DNA from: Sporosarcina ureae
GTDB taxonomy: Bacteria; Bacillota; Bacilli; Bacillales_A; Planococcaceae
Direction of reading: 5' to 3'
NCBI RefSeq assembly: GCF_002082015.1
Contig: NZ_CP015109.1
Location: 116,134 to 148,133 of the forward strand
DNA length: 32,000 bases
Part shown: positions 17,487 through 26,351 of the stretch, piece by piece
Position numbering within the stretch: position 1 is the first letter of the stretch
How the letters are laid out: every line of letters starts with the position of its first letter
The notes under the pieces: generated by a model
The model's database searches: none
The model's input: only the letters and a program-made list of their open reading frames with translations
Told to the model about the DNA's origin: nothing
Position numbers and translations under genes: made by a program

Positions 17487-17722
17487 TTTCGCGAAATCTC
17501 TAAAGTACTTACTGAGAGAGTTGCCGTCTCCTGAACAAAGTTTGTATTTATGAAATTTCCCAGGAAACGTTTAAAGCTTTCGACATATACACAAACGTCA
17601 TTTTCGGATGACTTAGCGTAGCGGTCAAACAGATTTCCACCCGAAGTATAAGTGATTAACTTCCAATGATTCTGACCATACTGTCAGTAGAAATGGAAAA
17701 CACTTTGTTGAGGAGGAATACA

Positions 17723-19369
17723 GTGGAAAAGAAACAACATAAACAGCATGATGGTCAAATGGAAGAGCGAGAGACACTTACGACACGCCAAGGGCATCCT
17801 GTACAGGATAATCAAAACATCAGGACGATTGGCGACCGCGGCCCTGCTACGCTCGAGAATTATCATTTTATCGAAAAAATCTCTCATTTTGATCGTGAGG
17901 AAATACCTGAACGAGTAGTCCATGCAAGAGGCTCGGGTGCATTTGGTTACTTTGAAACGTATGGGAAAGTCGGGAATGAGCCAGTTGAAAAGTACACCCG
18001 TGCCAAAGTATTTTCAGGTGCTGGAAAAAGAACGCCTCTCGTCGCGCGTTTCTCTACTGTAGCAGGCGCTAAAGATTCGCCTGAAACTGCACGAGATCCG
18101 CGAGGTTTTGCGGTGAAGATGTATACGGAAGATGGCAACTGGGATTTGGTAGGAAATAATTTGAAAATATTTTTCATTCGGGATGCGATGAAGTTTCCTG
18201 ATATGATCCACGCATTCAAGGCCGATCCAGCTTCCAATATATCGCATCCACAACGCATGTTTGACTTTGTCTCCCGATCGCCAGAATCTATTCATATGAT
18301 CACGTTTTTGTTTTCGCCATGGGGCATTCCTGCCACGTATCGTCACATGCAAGGCTCAGGTGTGAATACATACAAGTGGGTCAATGACAAAGGTGAAGCA
18401 GTTCTAGTGAAGTATCATTGGGAGCCGAAACAAGGTATACGAAATTTAACTCAGCAAGATGCCGACGCTGTGCAGGCGAAAAACGTTGCACATGCTACGC
18501 AAGATTTATCTGAAGCGATCGAACGTAAAGAATATCCTGAATGGGAACTGTTCGTGCAAATTATGGAAGATGGATACCACCCGGAACTTGATTTTGATCC
18601 GCTCGATAATACCAAGCTTTGGCCGGAGGAACAGTATCCTTGGCTACCAGTAGGAAAGATGGTATTAGATCGCAACCCCGAGGATTTTCATATGGACATT
18701 GAACAAGCCGCTTTCGGGACCGGCGTACTGGTAGACGGAATGGATTTTTCCGACGACAAAATGCTTCAAGGCCGCACATTTTCGTATTCGGATACACAAC
18801 GTCATCGGATCGGCACGAATTATCTCCAGTTACCTGTAAATGCGCCGAAAAAAGCGGTCCGGACGAACCAGCAACGGGGTCAAATGGACCAACGTGATCC
18901 TCGTGAGTCAGGAGAAAACCCACATATAAACTATGAACCATCCATGCTCGGTGGATTTCAAGAAGCAACAGGAGAAAGCCGCCCTCCGCACAGACCTACG
19001 TACAACGCAGCAGCACTGAGTGCACCAATTGACCGACCCAATAATTATGGACAAGCCGGCGAGACTTTCCGCCAGTTTGAAGAGTGGGAACGAGAAGAAT
19101 TAATCAAAAACCTCTCTGATGCGTTAGCAGTGTGTGATGTACGTATTCAAGAAGCGATGATCGAACACTTCACGCAAGCGGATTATGAATACGGGCGTCT
19201 TGTACAAGAAGGTATTGAACGGAAAATGAAGGAACTAGAAGGAGTGGCAGCAGAAGCTGACATCCCGGGTCGTGAGGCGGGTCAATCAAAGTTTGGACAA
19301 GGTACACCTGATTCTAAAACGGCAGTGAAAGATGCAGTGGACAAAGGCCATGAAGCAGATCCATATTGA
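17723..19369 (+). CDS. monofunctional heme catalase (KatX-size, about 548 aa)
   Basis: Catalase signature ...[13 protein letters not shown]-like ([20 protein letters not shown]), [20 protein letters not shown]-like ([14 protein letters not shown]). GAGGAGG RBS before GTG 17723. Confidence 0.9.
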   Translation: MEKKQHKQHDGQMEERETLTTRQGHPVQDNQNIRTIGDRGPATLENYHFIEKISHFDREEIPERVVHARGSGAFGYFETYGKVGNEPVEKYTRAKVFSGAGKRTPLVARFSTVAGAKDSPETARDPRGFAVKMYTEDGNWDLVGNNLKIFFIRDAMKFPDMIHAFKADPASNISHPQRMFDFVSRSPESIHMITFLFSPWGIPATYRHMQGSGVNTYKWVNDKGEAVLVKYHWEPKQGIRNLTQQDADAVQAKNVAHATQDLSEAIERKEYPEWELFVQIMEDGYHPELDFDPLDNTKLWPEEQYPWLPVGKMVLDRNPEDFHMDIEQAAFGTGVLVDGMDFSDDKMLQGRTFSYSDTQRHRIGTNYLQLPVNAPKKAVRTNQQRGQMDQRDPRESGENPHINYEPSMLGGFQEATGESRPPHRPTYNAAALSAPIDRPNNYGQAGETFRQFEEWEREELIKNLSDALAVCDVRIQEAMIEHFTQADYEYGRLVQEGIERKMKELEGVAAEADIPGREAGQSKFGQGTPDSKTAVKDAVDKGHEADPY

Positions 19370-19428
19370 TGAAGAAGTACAACGCTTTTTATCCAAATTG
19401 ATAGATGTTGTGAATAAAGAGTGACTAG

Positions 19429-19493
19429 CATCTGTATAGGACACTTATGTGATTGTGCAAGCAAACACATGGGGTTCTTATACAGGTGTTTTT
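19429..19493 (+). terminator. long-stem terminator after catalase
   Basis: CATCTGTATAGG (19429-19440) pairs with CTTATACAGGTG (19477-19488) with two G-U pairs. The loop carries an inner hairpin, followed by T5. Confidence 0.55.
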
Positions 19494-19619
19494 GATTTGC
19501 TAATCTCTTATCCAATTGATCAATTATCATGAACAATTAAACTCAGCTTGTAAAATTCATACCGAAAATCAATTCGTACAATCAATTATTTGATACCTAT
19601 GCCTTTTCGTACGTACAAA

Positions 19620-20062
19620 ATTCAATTTCTCCATTTTAACGGTTTTTTTATTCCCTGTATTATATTGAGTTCAACACAATAAATAACAGAATAGTTAGAA
19701 AAATTAACAGAAAAATGATATACTTTACACTAAGAAGTGTCTGGAGCCGATTACGATGAATGATAAACATTTGTAAAAAGTATTCATAAGCTAGAATGAA
19801 CTGATCCTAGATTCAGATGGACGACTTGCCTATGAAGTGCGTTTGAAACAAGTACTAGATCAGAAGACTACAGTGAATGAAGCGAAGTGGAGGAAGGAGA
19901 AGGCAAGGGGGGAAGGAGTAGAAAAAGCAATACCAATAGGAGTAGAAAGGATAGTCCAAACAACGCATAGCATTTAAAGGAGAATATAGATTTAGAGTCG
20001 TAGCCAAAATAACCAGCTTATTTATTGAACATGTAAAATTGTTGAAAGAAGATGTAGAGTAG
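19620..20062 (+). pseudogene. decayed, internally deleted copy of the rpn gene (promoter + 5'UTR fused to C-terminal domain)
   Basis: 19620-19740 aligns with 24341-24459, and 19741-19975 aligns codon for codon with 25107-25340. There are in-frame TAA (19774) and TAG (19792) stops, then a frameshift near 19975. Homology continues to the stop at 20060-20062. Confidence 0.75.
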
Positions 20063-20124
20063 ATTCCTGTTGACATGATAAAAACATCACTTACAACTTG
20101 CTGAAAAGATTGGGAGGTGAAATT

Positions 20125-20331
20125 GTGAATAAGTCCTTTTGGATTCCATTAATGGTTTCATTTGGAACGATGATATTCCTATATGTAATAGGCTTTATCG
20201 CTAATATAGACATTCTCATATTTAACATTTCACTCTCGCATACTGAAATTTCTCTACTACCGATCGGTGCTGGTATGGTAATGGGCTTTATTACTGAACG
20301 TATGATCAAGTCGAAATCACATGCCAATTAG
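20125..20331 (+). CDS. small hypothetical membrane protein (2 TM)
   Basis: GGGAGGTG RBS before GTG 20125. Two clear hydrophobic helices. No recognisable family. Confidence 0.5.
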   Translation: MNKSFWIPLMVSFGTMIFLYVIGFIANIDILIFNISLSHTEISLLPIGAGMVMGFITERMIKSKSHAN

Positions 20332-20499
20332 CATTGAAGGAGAGCATGATCTAGCATCATACGTAGGGCGTTAGTTAATTCTTTGAAATCTGTGAAATTG
20401 GTTATCTATAGTATAGAATTATTGAAGTATGTAGTGGCTAACTATTGTGCAACAATCAAAGTTAGGAAAATATTATAATATGTAAAGGGGGCACAGTGC

Positions 20500-20955
20500 A
20501 TGAATATATCTAAAGTAGATGAAGTCAATAGTCTTTATCAAAGATTAATAGACGCATGGAACCTACGTGATGCCAATGGAATGGCTGAACTATTCACTGA
20601 ACAAGGTATACAAATTGGCTTTGATGGAAGTAAGGTGGTTGGACGAGAGGAAATCTTATCGCACCTCGCATCGATCTTTGAAAACCATCCAACTGCTCCT
20701 TTTGTAACTAAAGTGAAAGACGTTCGTGCAATAGGGAATGATACTGCAATAGTTCAAGCTATTGCAGGGATGATTCCACCTGGAAAAACAGATATTGAGC
20801 CCACTGTAAATACCCTTCAAACTTTGGTAGCAGTTAACAAATACAGTAATTGGCAAATAGTGCTCTTCCAAAATACTCCCGCTCAGTTTCACGGGAAACC
20901 AGAATTGATTGAGCAAATGACAGATGAGTTAAGGCAATTAATTACTAGAACATAG
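20500..20955 (+). CDS. NTF2-fold protein (SnoaL/DUF4440; SgcJ/EcaC family)
   Basis: The N-terminal pattern LYQRLIDAWNLRDANGMAELFTEQG...GREEILSHL is typical of the TIGR02246/SgcJ-EcaC family. AGGGGG RBS. Confidence 0.7.
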   Translation: MNISKVDEVNSLYQRLIDAWNLRDANGMAELFTEQGIQIGFDGSKVVGREEILSHLASIFENHPTAPFVTKVKDVRAIGNDTAIVQAIAGMIPPGKTDIEPTVNTLQTLVAVNKYSNWQIVLFQNTPAQFHGKPELIEQMTDELRQLITRT

Positions 20956-21130
20956 CTGTGAAAAGTAATGAGGTACGCGGTTTATCGAACATTGTAAATT
21001 GATGTGCATCCCAAAAGTTAGTATTTAGGACCTGGTACTCCTCAATTACGACCTACCCTCTCCAGTTTTTCTTTCAATACCGTTTACATCAAAGAAGAAC
21101 GGGAAATTAAGAATATGGGAGGGGAAGAAA

Positions 21131-21421
21131 TTGCCGAAACTAACGAGTAACCATCAAGAATATGAAGTCAAGCTAGGAAAGCATGTCATTTTCTTCAATA
21201 AAAACTACCGTTATATTTTCATCATCAACGAGTTAGTATTAGGGATTATATTTATAGTCGGAAGTGTATTCTTCTTTTTTGAAACCTTAAAAACTGCTGG
21301 GATTATTCTATTTGTTGTAGGCAGTGCGCAACTCTTTATACGGCCCGTATTGAAAATACTTCATGCGACTACGCTGCGGAAAATTAGCCAGTCCAGCCAA
21401 AGTCAAGAGAAGGTAGATTAA
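21131..21421 (+). CDS. YrhK-like small membrane protein
   Basis: 96 aa, TTG start after GGGAGGGG. Two TM helices with the GSVFFF...GSAQLFIRP pattern I associate with the YrhK domain. Confidence 0.6.
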   Translation: MPKLTSNHQEYEVKLGKHVIFFNKNYRYIFIINELVLGIIFIVGSVFFFFETLKTAGIILFVVGSAQLFIRPVLKILHATTLRKISQSSQSQEKVD

Positions 21422-21525
21422 CAGATTAAAAAGGTAACGGAGTACCAAGCCTCTGAACGATTCCAAACCAGTTCGGTGCAGAGTTTGTGATGATATAGAA
21501 AGATGATAAAAATTGAATGTAAGAG

Positions 21526-21552
21526 TCTTCATGCAATCGTATGAAGTTTTTT
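21526..21552 (+). terminator. small intrinsic terminator
   Basis: CTTCAT / ATGAAG stem with an 8-nt loop and T6. Confidence 0.5.
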
Positions 21553-21706
21553 GTAATGAAGGAGGATAAGAAAGGAATTTACAGGCCTTTTGAGAAGTTA
21601 TTGGAGATGGCACTTCGTAGTAAATGACTAACTGGATTCATTGAAGCATAGTATAGAAGATCATTTGTCGCAAAGGGCGAATGAGAAATGTTAGGGAGGA
21701 ATCTAT

Positions 21707-22075
21707 ATGAATAATGGACAAGCTCAACCGAACGAGAAAGCTGGGGGAAAAGAGTATATAGAAACGCCTATTAAAACGATTTTCAATAAGTTTGCCAACC
21801 AAAAAGACGTATCCCTTATATACGGAGACCCAATTGAACTTGGTGTGCAAAAAGTAGTGCCTGTGGCGAAAGTTAAATATGCAGTAGGTGGGGGTGGTGA
21901 CGGGAGTGGAGGAGAAGGTGGTGGCGGCGCTTTTACTATTCAACCTATTGGCGTATATGTCATCACACCAGACAAAGTGAAGTTTGAGTCTCCTTTGGAC
22001 GTGAAGAAACTAACCGCGTTGACTGTCGTGGTGGGTGGAGTTCTAGGATTATGGGCGCTTTACAACGGCAAATGA
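21707..22075 (+). CDS. GerW/YtfJ family sporulation protein
   Basis: IYGDPIELGVQKVVPVAKVKYAVGGGGDGSG..GGGGAFTIQPIGVYVITPDKVKF is the GerW (YtfJ) signature. GGGAGG RBS. C-terminal TM helix. Confidence 0.8.
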   Translation: MNNGQAQPNEKAGGKEYIETPIKTIFNKFANQKDVSLIYGDPIELGVQKVVPVAKVKYAVGGGGDGSGGEGGGGAFTIQPIGVYVITPDKVKFESPLDVKKLTALTVVVGGVLGLWALYNGK

Positions 22076-22122
22076 ATCCAATCTGGAAAAACGAATTGCG
22101 CATGTGCAAAAATCAGCATTGT

Positions 22123-22169
22123 AAAAGCGTGTCCTGTAGGCAACTACCTAACCTAGAAGACACGCTTTT
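22123..22169. terminator. bidirectional terminator between convergent genes
   Basis: AAAAGCGTGTC (22123-22133) / GACACGCTTTT (22159-22169) stem flanked by A and T tracts. Confidence 0.7.
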
Positions 22170-22228
22170 TATATGGATAGAGGGACGGTTTCGATTGGAT
22201 CTATTTACTTGTCCACGCTCGATTTAAT

Positions 22229-23428
22229 CTAGCGCTTTTTCATTTTTCTTTTTTCAATCGGTACGTCTGGCATAGGTGCGGGGTTGTATGGTTCTACATA
22301 TAGACCCGAATAGGATTTATACCATTTGAAAATATGCTCGACAATTACCTTGATGACAGCATAAGCAGGAATTCCTAGTATAACCCCTGGCACACCGAAT
22401 AACTTCCCAGCCGTCAGCAACACAATAATAATCGTCACGGGATGTATTTTCAAATTACTACCTAAAATCATCGGTTGGATCAATCTGCCTTCAAGTGCTT
22501 GTTCAACGGCAAACACAATAATTACTTTCACTAACATGAAAGGTGAAGAGGCTAACGCAATGATGACGATCGGAATAATGGCTAAGAACGATCCTAAATA
22601 AGGAACTAAGTTCAGTACACCTGCTACTATCGCAAGTAGAACGGCATACTCAAGTCCAACAATCGCGAGACCAATCCAAAACATCAATCCTACGAAAAAC
22701 GCCACTAATAATTGCCCGCGGATATATTGACTAATTTGCGTATTCATTTCTTTCAATACTCTATACGTATTGGCACGCATCTTGGTCGGCAACAGCTTCA
22801 TCATATGATACGGCAAATCACGCCCATCTTTTAATAAAAAGAATAAAAGAATCGGCATAGTGAGCAATGCGATAATGACATTGGTCACCGTTCCGAGCAC
22901 GCTACCGATACCAGAGAAAGCAGAATCCATAAAGCCCTTCGTTTGTTCGGTAATCGAGTCTATAATACTTTGGTCGATATCGTCCAACTTTCCTTGCAAT
23001 TGAGAAAACAGATTACTACTTAATAGGCTATCAAATTGTTCTAGTAATTGAGTCCAATAGTCGGGCCAGTTTTGAATGAGGCTTGTAGCTTGCTCGCGTA
23101 TAATCGGAATTAGGATGATCACGCCCCATACGACTAATCCACTGATGACTACGAAAACGAATGCGATCCCCCAAACCCGTTTGACCTTCTTTCTTTCCAT
23201 TATATCGATCAATGGATTTAGTAGATAAAATAGAATTCCGGCCATAATGATAGGTAATGCGACTACACTGAGAAACTCTTTTATAAAATGGAACATATGC
23301 ATAACTTTCGAAAAAACTAGGAAGTTCAATAAAATTAATAACGAGATCAATAATATAGCGACTACTTTATTATCCAAAAACCAGTTTCGGAACCAAGTAG
23401 TCATCGTTCGTATTTTATCATTCTCCAT
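22229..23428 (-). CDS. AI-2E family (PerM/UPF0118) transporter
   Basis: About 8 TM segments. The C-terminal GIPAYAVIKV and overall architecture are typical of AI-2E/UPF0118. GAGGTG RBS 6 nt before ATG 23428; the GTG at 23437 lies inside the RBS. Confidence 0.8.
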   Translation of the reverse strand: MENDKIRTMTTWFRNWFLDNKVVAILLISLLILLNFLVFSKVMHMFHFIKEFLSVVALPIIMAGILFYLLNPLIDIMERKKVKRVWGIAFVFVVISGLVVWGVIILIPIIREQATSLIQNWPDYWTQLLEQFDSLLSSNLFSQLQGKLDDIDQSIIDSITEQTKGFMDSAFSGIGSVLGTVTNVIIALLTMPILLFFLLKDGRDLPYHMMKLLPTKMRANTYRVLKEMNTQISQYIRGQLLVAFFVGLMFWIGLAIVGLEYAVLLAIVAGVLNLVPYLGSFLAIIPIVIIALASSPFMLVKVIIVFAVEQALEGRLIQPMILGSNLKIHPVTIIIVLLTAGKLFGVPGVILGIPAYAVIKVIVEHIFKWYKSYSGLYVEPYNPAPMPDVPIEKRKMKKR

Positions 23429-23472
23429 GTTTCGCACCTCTTCTCGTGAAATAATCTGGACCTACATCCAAC

Positions 23473-24156
23473 TTACGGTTCACCAGAAATTCGTTTGCTA
23501 GTATCTACATCTTGACCCGCCACACGCTTTTCAAACGTCTTCCGCCAGCTAGGGGACAACTCTTCAACTTCTAGCAAACGACGAACTGCTCCTAAGTCTT
23601 GCTTGTCATGATGCATTAGCCGATTCGCTTCTGCTACTGAAATAGCAAGTGCTTGGCGTGTTAACGGAATTAACGGATCCGTTGGCGAAACCAACCCTTC
23701 TTGCAACACGCGGAAATAAAAGCCTGTAAAGCCTGTATCCTGTACAAGAAGCGGCATATCTTTCCGTTCATAGACAAGTGCTAACTTAAAACAAGGCTGG
23801 CGAGGCTGACTCACTTGAACAATTGCTTCGCCCAGCTGAAAGGAGTCACCAATACAAATATCTTCTTCAGTCACCCCTGTTAGAGTAAGGTTCTCACCGA
23901 ACGCACTGTACGGAAGCGTTCTTTCTAATACGCGTTCCCAATGAGAATAATGTTCATACGGATACACACAAACCGCTTTATGAACACCACCGTGATGAAC
24001 GAGATCTCCTTGACCATCCCCAGTAAAGTTGACAGAGGATAAAAAAACCGCTTGCTGCACCCGCTCTTTGAAAAAGCCTGTCGTCACAGATTTCTTTCCG
24101 AAATCCCTATCTTTAGGTTTCCCTACATTTAATGAAAGAATTTCAACCTTGTTCAT
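23473..24156 (-). CDS. MOSC domain protein (YiiM-like)
   Basis: VHHGG.HKAV..Y...Y..W......AFGENLT..G..E...CIGD....GEAI.QVSQPRQPC.KL is the MOSC/YiiM beta-barrel signature. GGAGG RBS before ATG 24156. Confidence 0.85.
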   Translation of the reverse strand: MNKVEILSLNVGKPKDRDFGKKSVTTGFFKERVQQAVFLSSVNFTGDGQGDLVHHGGVHKAVCVYPYEHYSHWERVLERTLPYSAFGENLTLTGVTEEDICIGDSFQLGEAIVQVSQPRQPCFKLALVYERKDMPLLVQDTGFTGFYFRVLQEGLVSPTDPLIPLTRQALAISVAEANRLMHHDKQDLGAVRRLLEVEELSPSWRKTFEKRVAGQDVDTSKRISGEP

Positions 24157-24413
24157 GGAATCAACCTCCAGTAGAATCAATATATTACTTGGTTATAAGT
24201 GTATCACTATCACTAAGGCTTGGTAAATTCCAACCCTCTAAGAGAAACTTCAACAATTCAATTTCATCTTCAAAAAACACATCAAAATCGAATTCCTAAA
24301 ATTAAATTCCTCATACCTACAACATCCCCTTCTTTATATAATTCATTTTCCCCATTTTGACGATTTTCTAATTCTGTCATATGCTGATTTCAACACAGTA
24401 ACTAACAGAACAG

Positions 24414-24443
24414 TTAGAAAAATCATCGGAAAAATGATATACT
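24414..24443 (+). promoter_or_regulatory. candidate promoter of rpn (conserved in the decayed copy)
   Basis: TTAGAA (24414-24419), 18 nt, TGaTATACT (-10 hexamer 24438-24443). The same block is present at about 19693-19722. Confidence 0.5.
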
Positions 24444-24470
24444 TTATTCTAAGAAGTGTGAGGAAACCGC

Positions 24471-25436
24471 ATGAACAAACGAGCGATGAAACGGATCTAT
24501 GTAAAGAATTTAGTAGATTTAAAAATTGATTTTGCGTTTAAAGAATTATTTGGCAGCGGGAAAAACAAAGCGATTACCATTATTTTTCTGAATGCCATTC
24601 TCAAACGAACCGGCCGGAATTCAATTAAAGAAGTAACCTTTATAAATCCAGAAATTGGTGCAGAATATGAAGACGACAAGCTATCGCGTCTGGATATTTT
24701 GGTCACCACACAGGATCGGCATCAGATTAATATTGAAATGCAATTTACGAATCAATATGATATGGTCAATCGCAGTGTGTATTATTGGGCTAGATTATAC
24801 AGTGAGCAAAATAAAAGGGGAATGGCATACAATACACTACAACCTACCATTATGATGAACATAATGAATTTTAATTTGATTTCGGAAACGGAAGGATATC
24901 ATACGACGTATCACTTACATGAAGATGAAAAGAAATTTCGTATAGCGGATGGATTGGAATTGCATTTCATTGAAATACCGAAGCTGCTTGCGCATTGGTA
25001 TGATGAAAAGCTCGACCCGTGGAATGACGTATTGGCTCGATGGTTGCTTCTATTAAGTATCGTAGACCAACGAAAACAACATATTTACGAAGACATTTAC
25101 AAAGAACTGGAGGCGATTGCGATGACTGACAAACATCTGCAAGATGCATTTATAAGTTGGAATGAAATGAGTCTAGATTCGGATGGACGACTTGCCTACG
25201 AAGTGCGCTTAAAACAAGTTCTGGATCAAGAAGCGGCGTTAAATGAGGCGAAGTGGAGAGAAAAGAAGGCTAGGGAGGAAGGGATAGAAAAGGGAATAGA
25301 AAAGGGCAAGACAGAGGAGAAAGAACATATTGCACGTAAACTTCTACTGAAGAAACTAGGTGTAGAAATTGTGGCTGAAACAACGGGGTTATCTTTAGAG
25401 CGTGTGCAAGAGATGAAAGCAGAATTAGGTTTATAA
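24471..25436 (+). CDS. Rpn family recombination-promoting nuclease / putative transposase (YhgA-like, PDDEXK_2)
   Basis: N-terminal DFAFKELFG...FLNAIL...EDDKLSRLDILV...INIEMQ (PD-(D/E)XK core) and HFIEIPK are the TIGR01784/Rpn signature. The C-terminus is Lys/Glu-rich. Confidence 0.85.
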   Translation: MNKRAMKRIYVKNLVDLKIDFAFKELFGSGKNKAITIIFLNAILKRTGRNSIKEVTFINPEIGAEYEDDKLSRLDILVTTQDRHQINIEMQFTNQYDMVNRSVYYWARLYSEQNKRGMAYNTLQPTIMMNIMNFNLISETEGYHTTYHLHEDEKKFRIADGLELHFIEIPKLLAHWYDEKLDPWNDVLARWLLLLSIVDQRKQHIYEDIYKELEAIAMTDKHLQDAFISWNEMSLDSDGRLAYEVRLKQVLDQEAALNEAKWREKKAREEGIEKGIEKGKTEEKEHIARKLLLKKLGVEIVAETTGLSLERVQEMKAELGL

Positions 25437-25502
25437 ATTTTAGCTAGGGAATTTCAATGTATCGGAAACCGGCATCTCATTTACAGGGCATAAGCTGATA
25501 AG

Positions 25503-25545
25503 ACGTCTACTTTTAATCTATACAAGGAGAGAGTAGACGTTTTTT
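25503..25545 (+). terminator. intrinsic terminator after rpn
   Basis: ACGTCTACT / AGTAGACGT stem with a 20-nt loop and T5. Confidence 0.65.
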
Positions 25546-25604
25546 AATATTGAAAAGGGTGTAACAAAAAATCATGTAAAATTGAAGAACAGGTACATCT
25601 TAAT

Positions 25605-25847
25605 TCAAGATCCAAACCCAGTATACATCCTAGCCGAAGAAGAAGGAGAAAATGGTACAAGAAACCCCTCACCCAACTCCTCTCGAACTTCAATCGTCAA
25701 CAGTTCACCCATTTCATTATGTTCGTCTTCCATTTGAATCCAATTAGAATACAACACGTCTTGATCCCAATTAATCCATTTTCCGTATTCTAGCAACCAC
25801 TTGTGAAGTTTCCCATTCAAATTCTCTGAAATAAGAATATCCTCCAT
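25605..25847 (-). CDS. hypothetical acidic 80-aa ORF, probably the distal part of a decayed MOSC-gene paralogue
   Basis: There is no convincing RBS. The same frame stays open upstream to 26018 apart from two stops. The upstream part is homologous to the MOSC gene start (see findings). Confidence 0.35.
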   Translation of the reverse strand: MEDILISENLNGKLHKWLLEYGKWINWDQDVLYSNWIQMEDEHNEMGELLTIEVREELGEGFLVPFSPSSSARMYTGFGS

Positions 25848-26287
25848 ATCAAAGTTACTGTAGCATTCATCAGATCAAATGGCCTCCGCACCCACATCGC
25901 CCTCCACCTTTAAATTAAACACTTCGCTCTCTTCGCAAATGCGCGACATCAATACAATAACCCCCTACATCTTTTTCAGTTTTCCTAAGTCTAATGATAG
26001 AATCTCAATTTTTTCACGGAATCTATCTTCAGTAGACCCTATATATCATTTGGATATAAATGTATCATCACCGGAAATTGGTAAATATCTTTCGTAATCA
26101 GTATTTCCAGCTGATTGAAGTCAAAAAGTTATTCATAGTATTAACTCCACACACTAATTTTTGAAATATATCCCAGCGAAACGGTGTTAACCCATTTCCC
26201 CTTCATTAATCTAAGTCACACCCGTCACATAACCAACTAGCTTTTCCACCTCCAACACCTTTCCGGTCGCACCCTCAATACAATCAA

Positions 26288-26296
26288 TGCTATAAT
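26288..26296 (+). promoter_or_regulatory. extended -10 (TGcTATAAT) upstream of the squalene-synthase-like gene
   Basis: TGCTATAAT at 26288-26296, 55 nt before ATG 26352. No good -35. Confidence 0.4.
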
Positions 26297-26351
26297 AAAC
26301 CCATTCTATACAAATCACTATCTGTGCAAAGATTGATGGAGGGAACCTTAC

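Noticed and set aside
19855-20076. 73-aa minus-strand ORF.
   Set aside because: It lies antisense to the decayed rpn C-terminal fragment. Its sequence is low-complexity (Pro/Leu/Ser/Tyr-rich) and it has no RBS.
21640-21706. Forespore sigma-F/G type promoter for the GerW/YtfJ gene (GCATA / GTATA motifs at about 21648-21660).
   Set aside because: Spacing to any GGnnAnAHTR or CATnnTA -10 element did not fit when counted, so I am not calling it.
21308-21943. Two 101-aa minus-strand ORFs between and over the YrhK-like and GerW genes.
   Set aside because: They overlap well-supported plus-strand genes or the terminator region. They have no RBS and junk-like composition.
25879-26097. 72-aa plus-strand ORF (MASAPTSPSTFKLNTSLSS...).
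   Set aside because: It is a Ser/Pro-rich shadow of the decayed MOSC-like sequence on the opposite strand, with no RBS.
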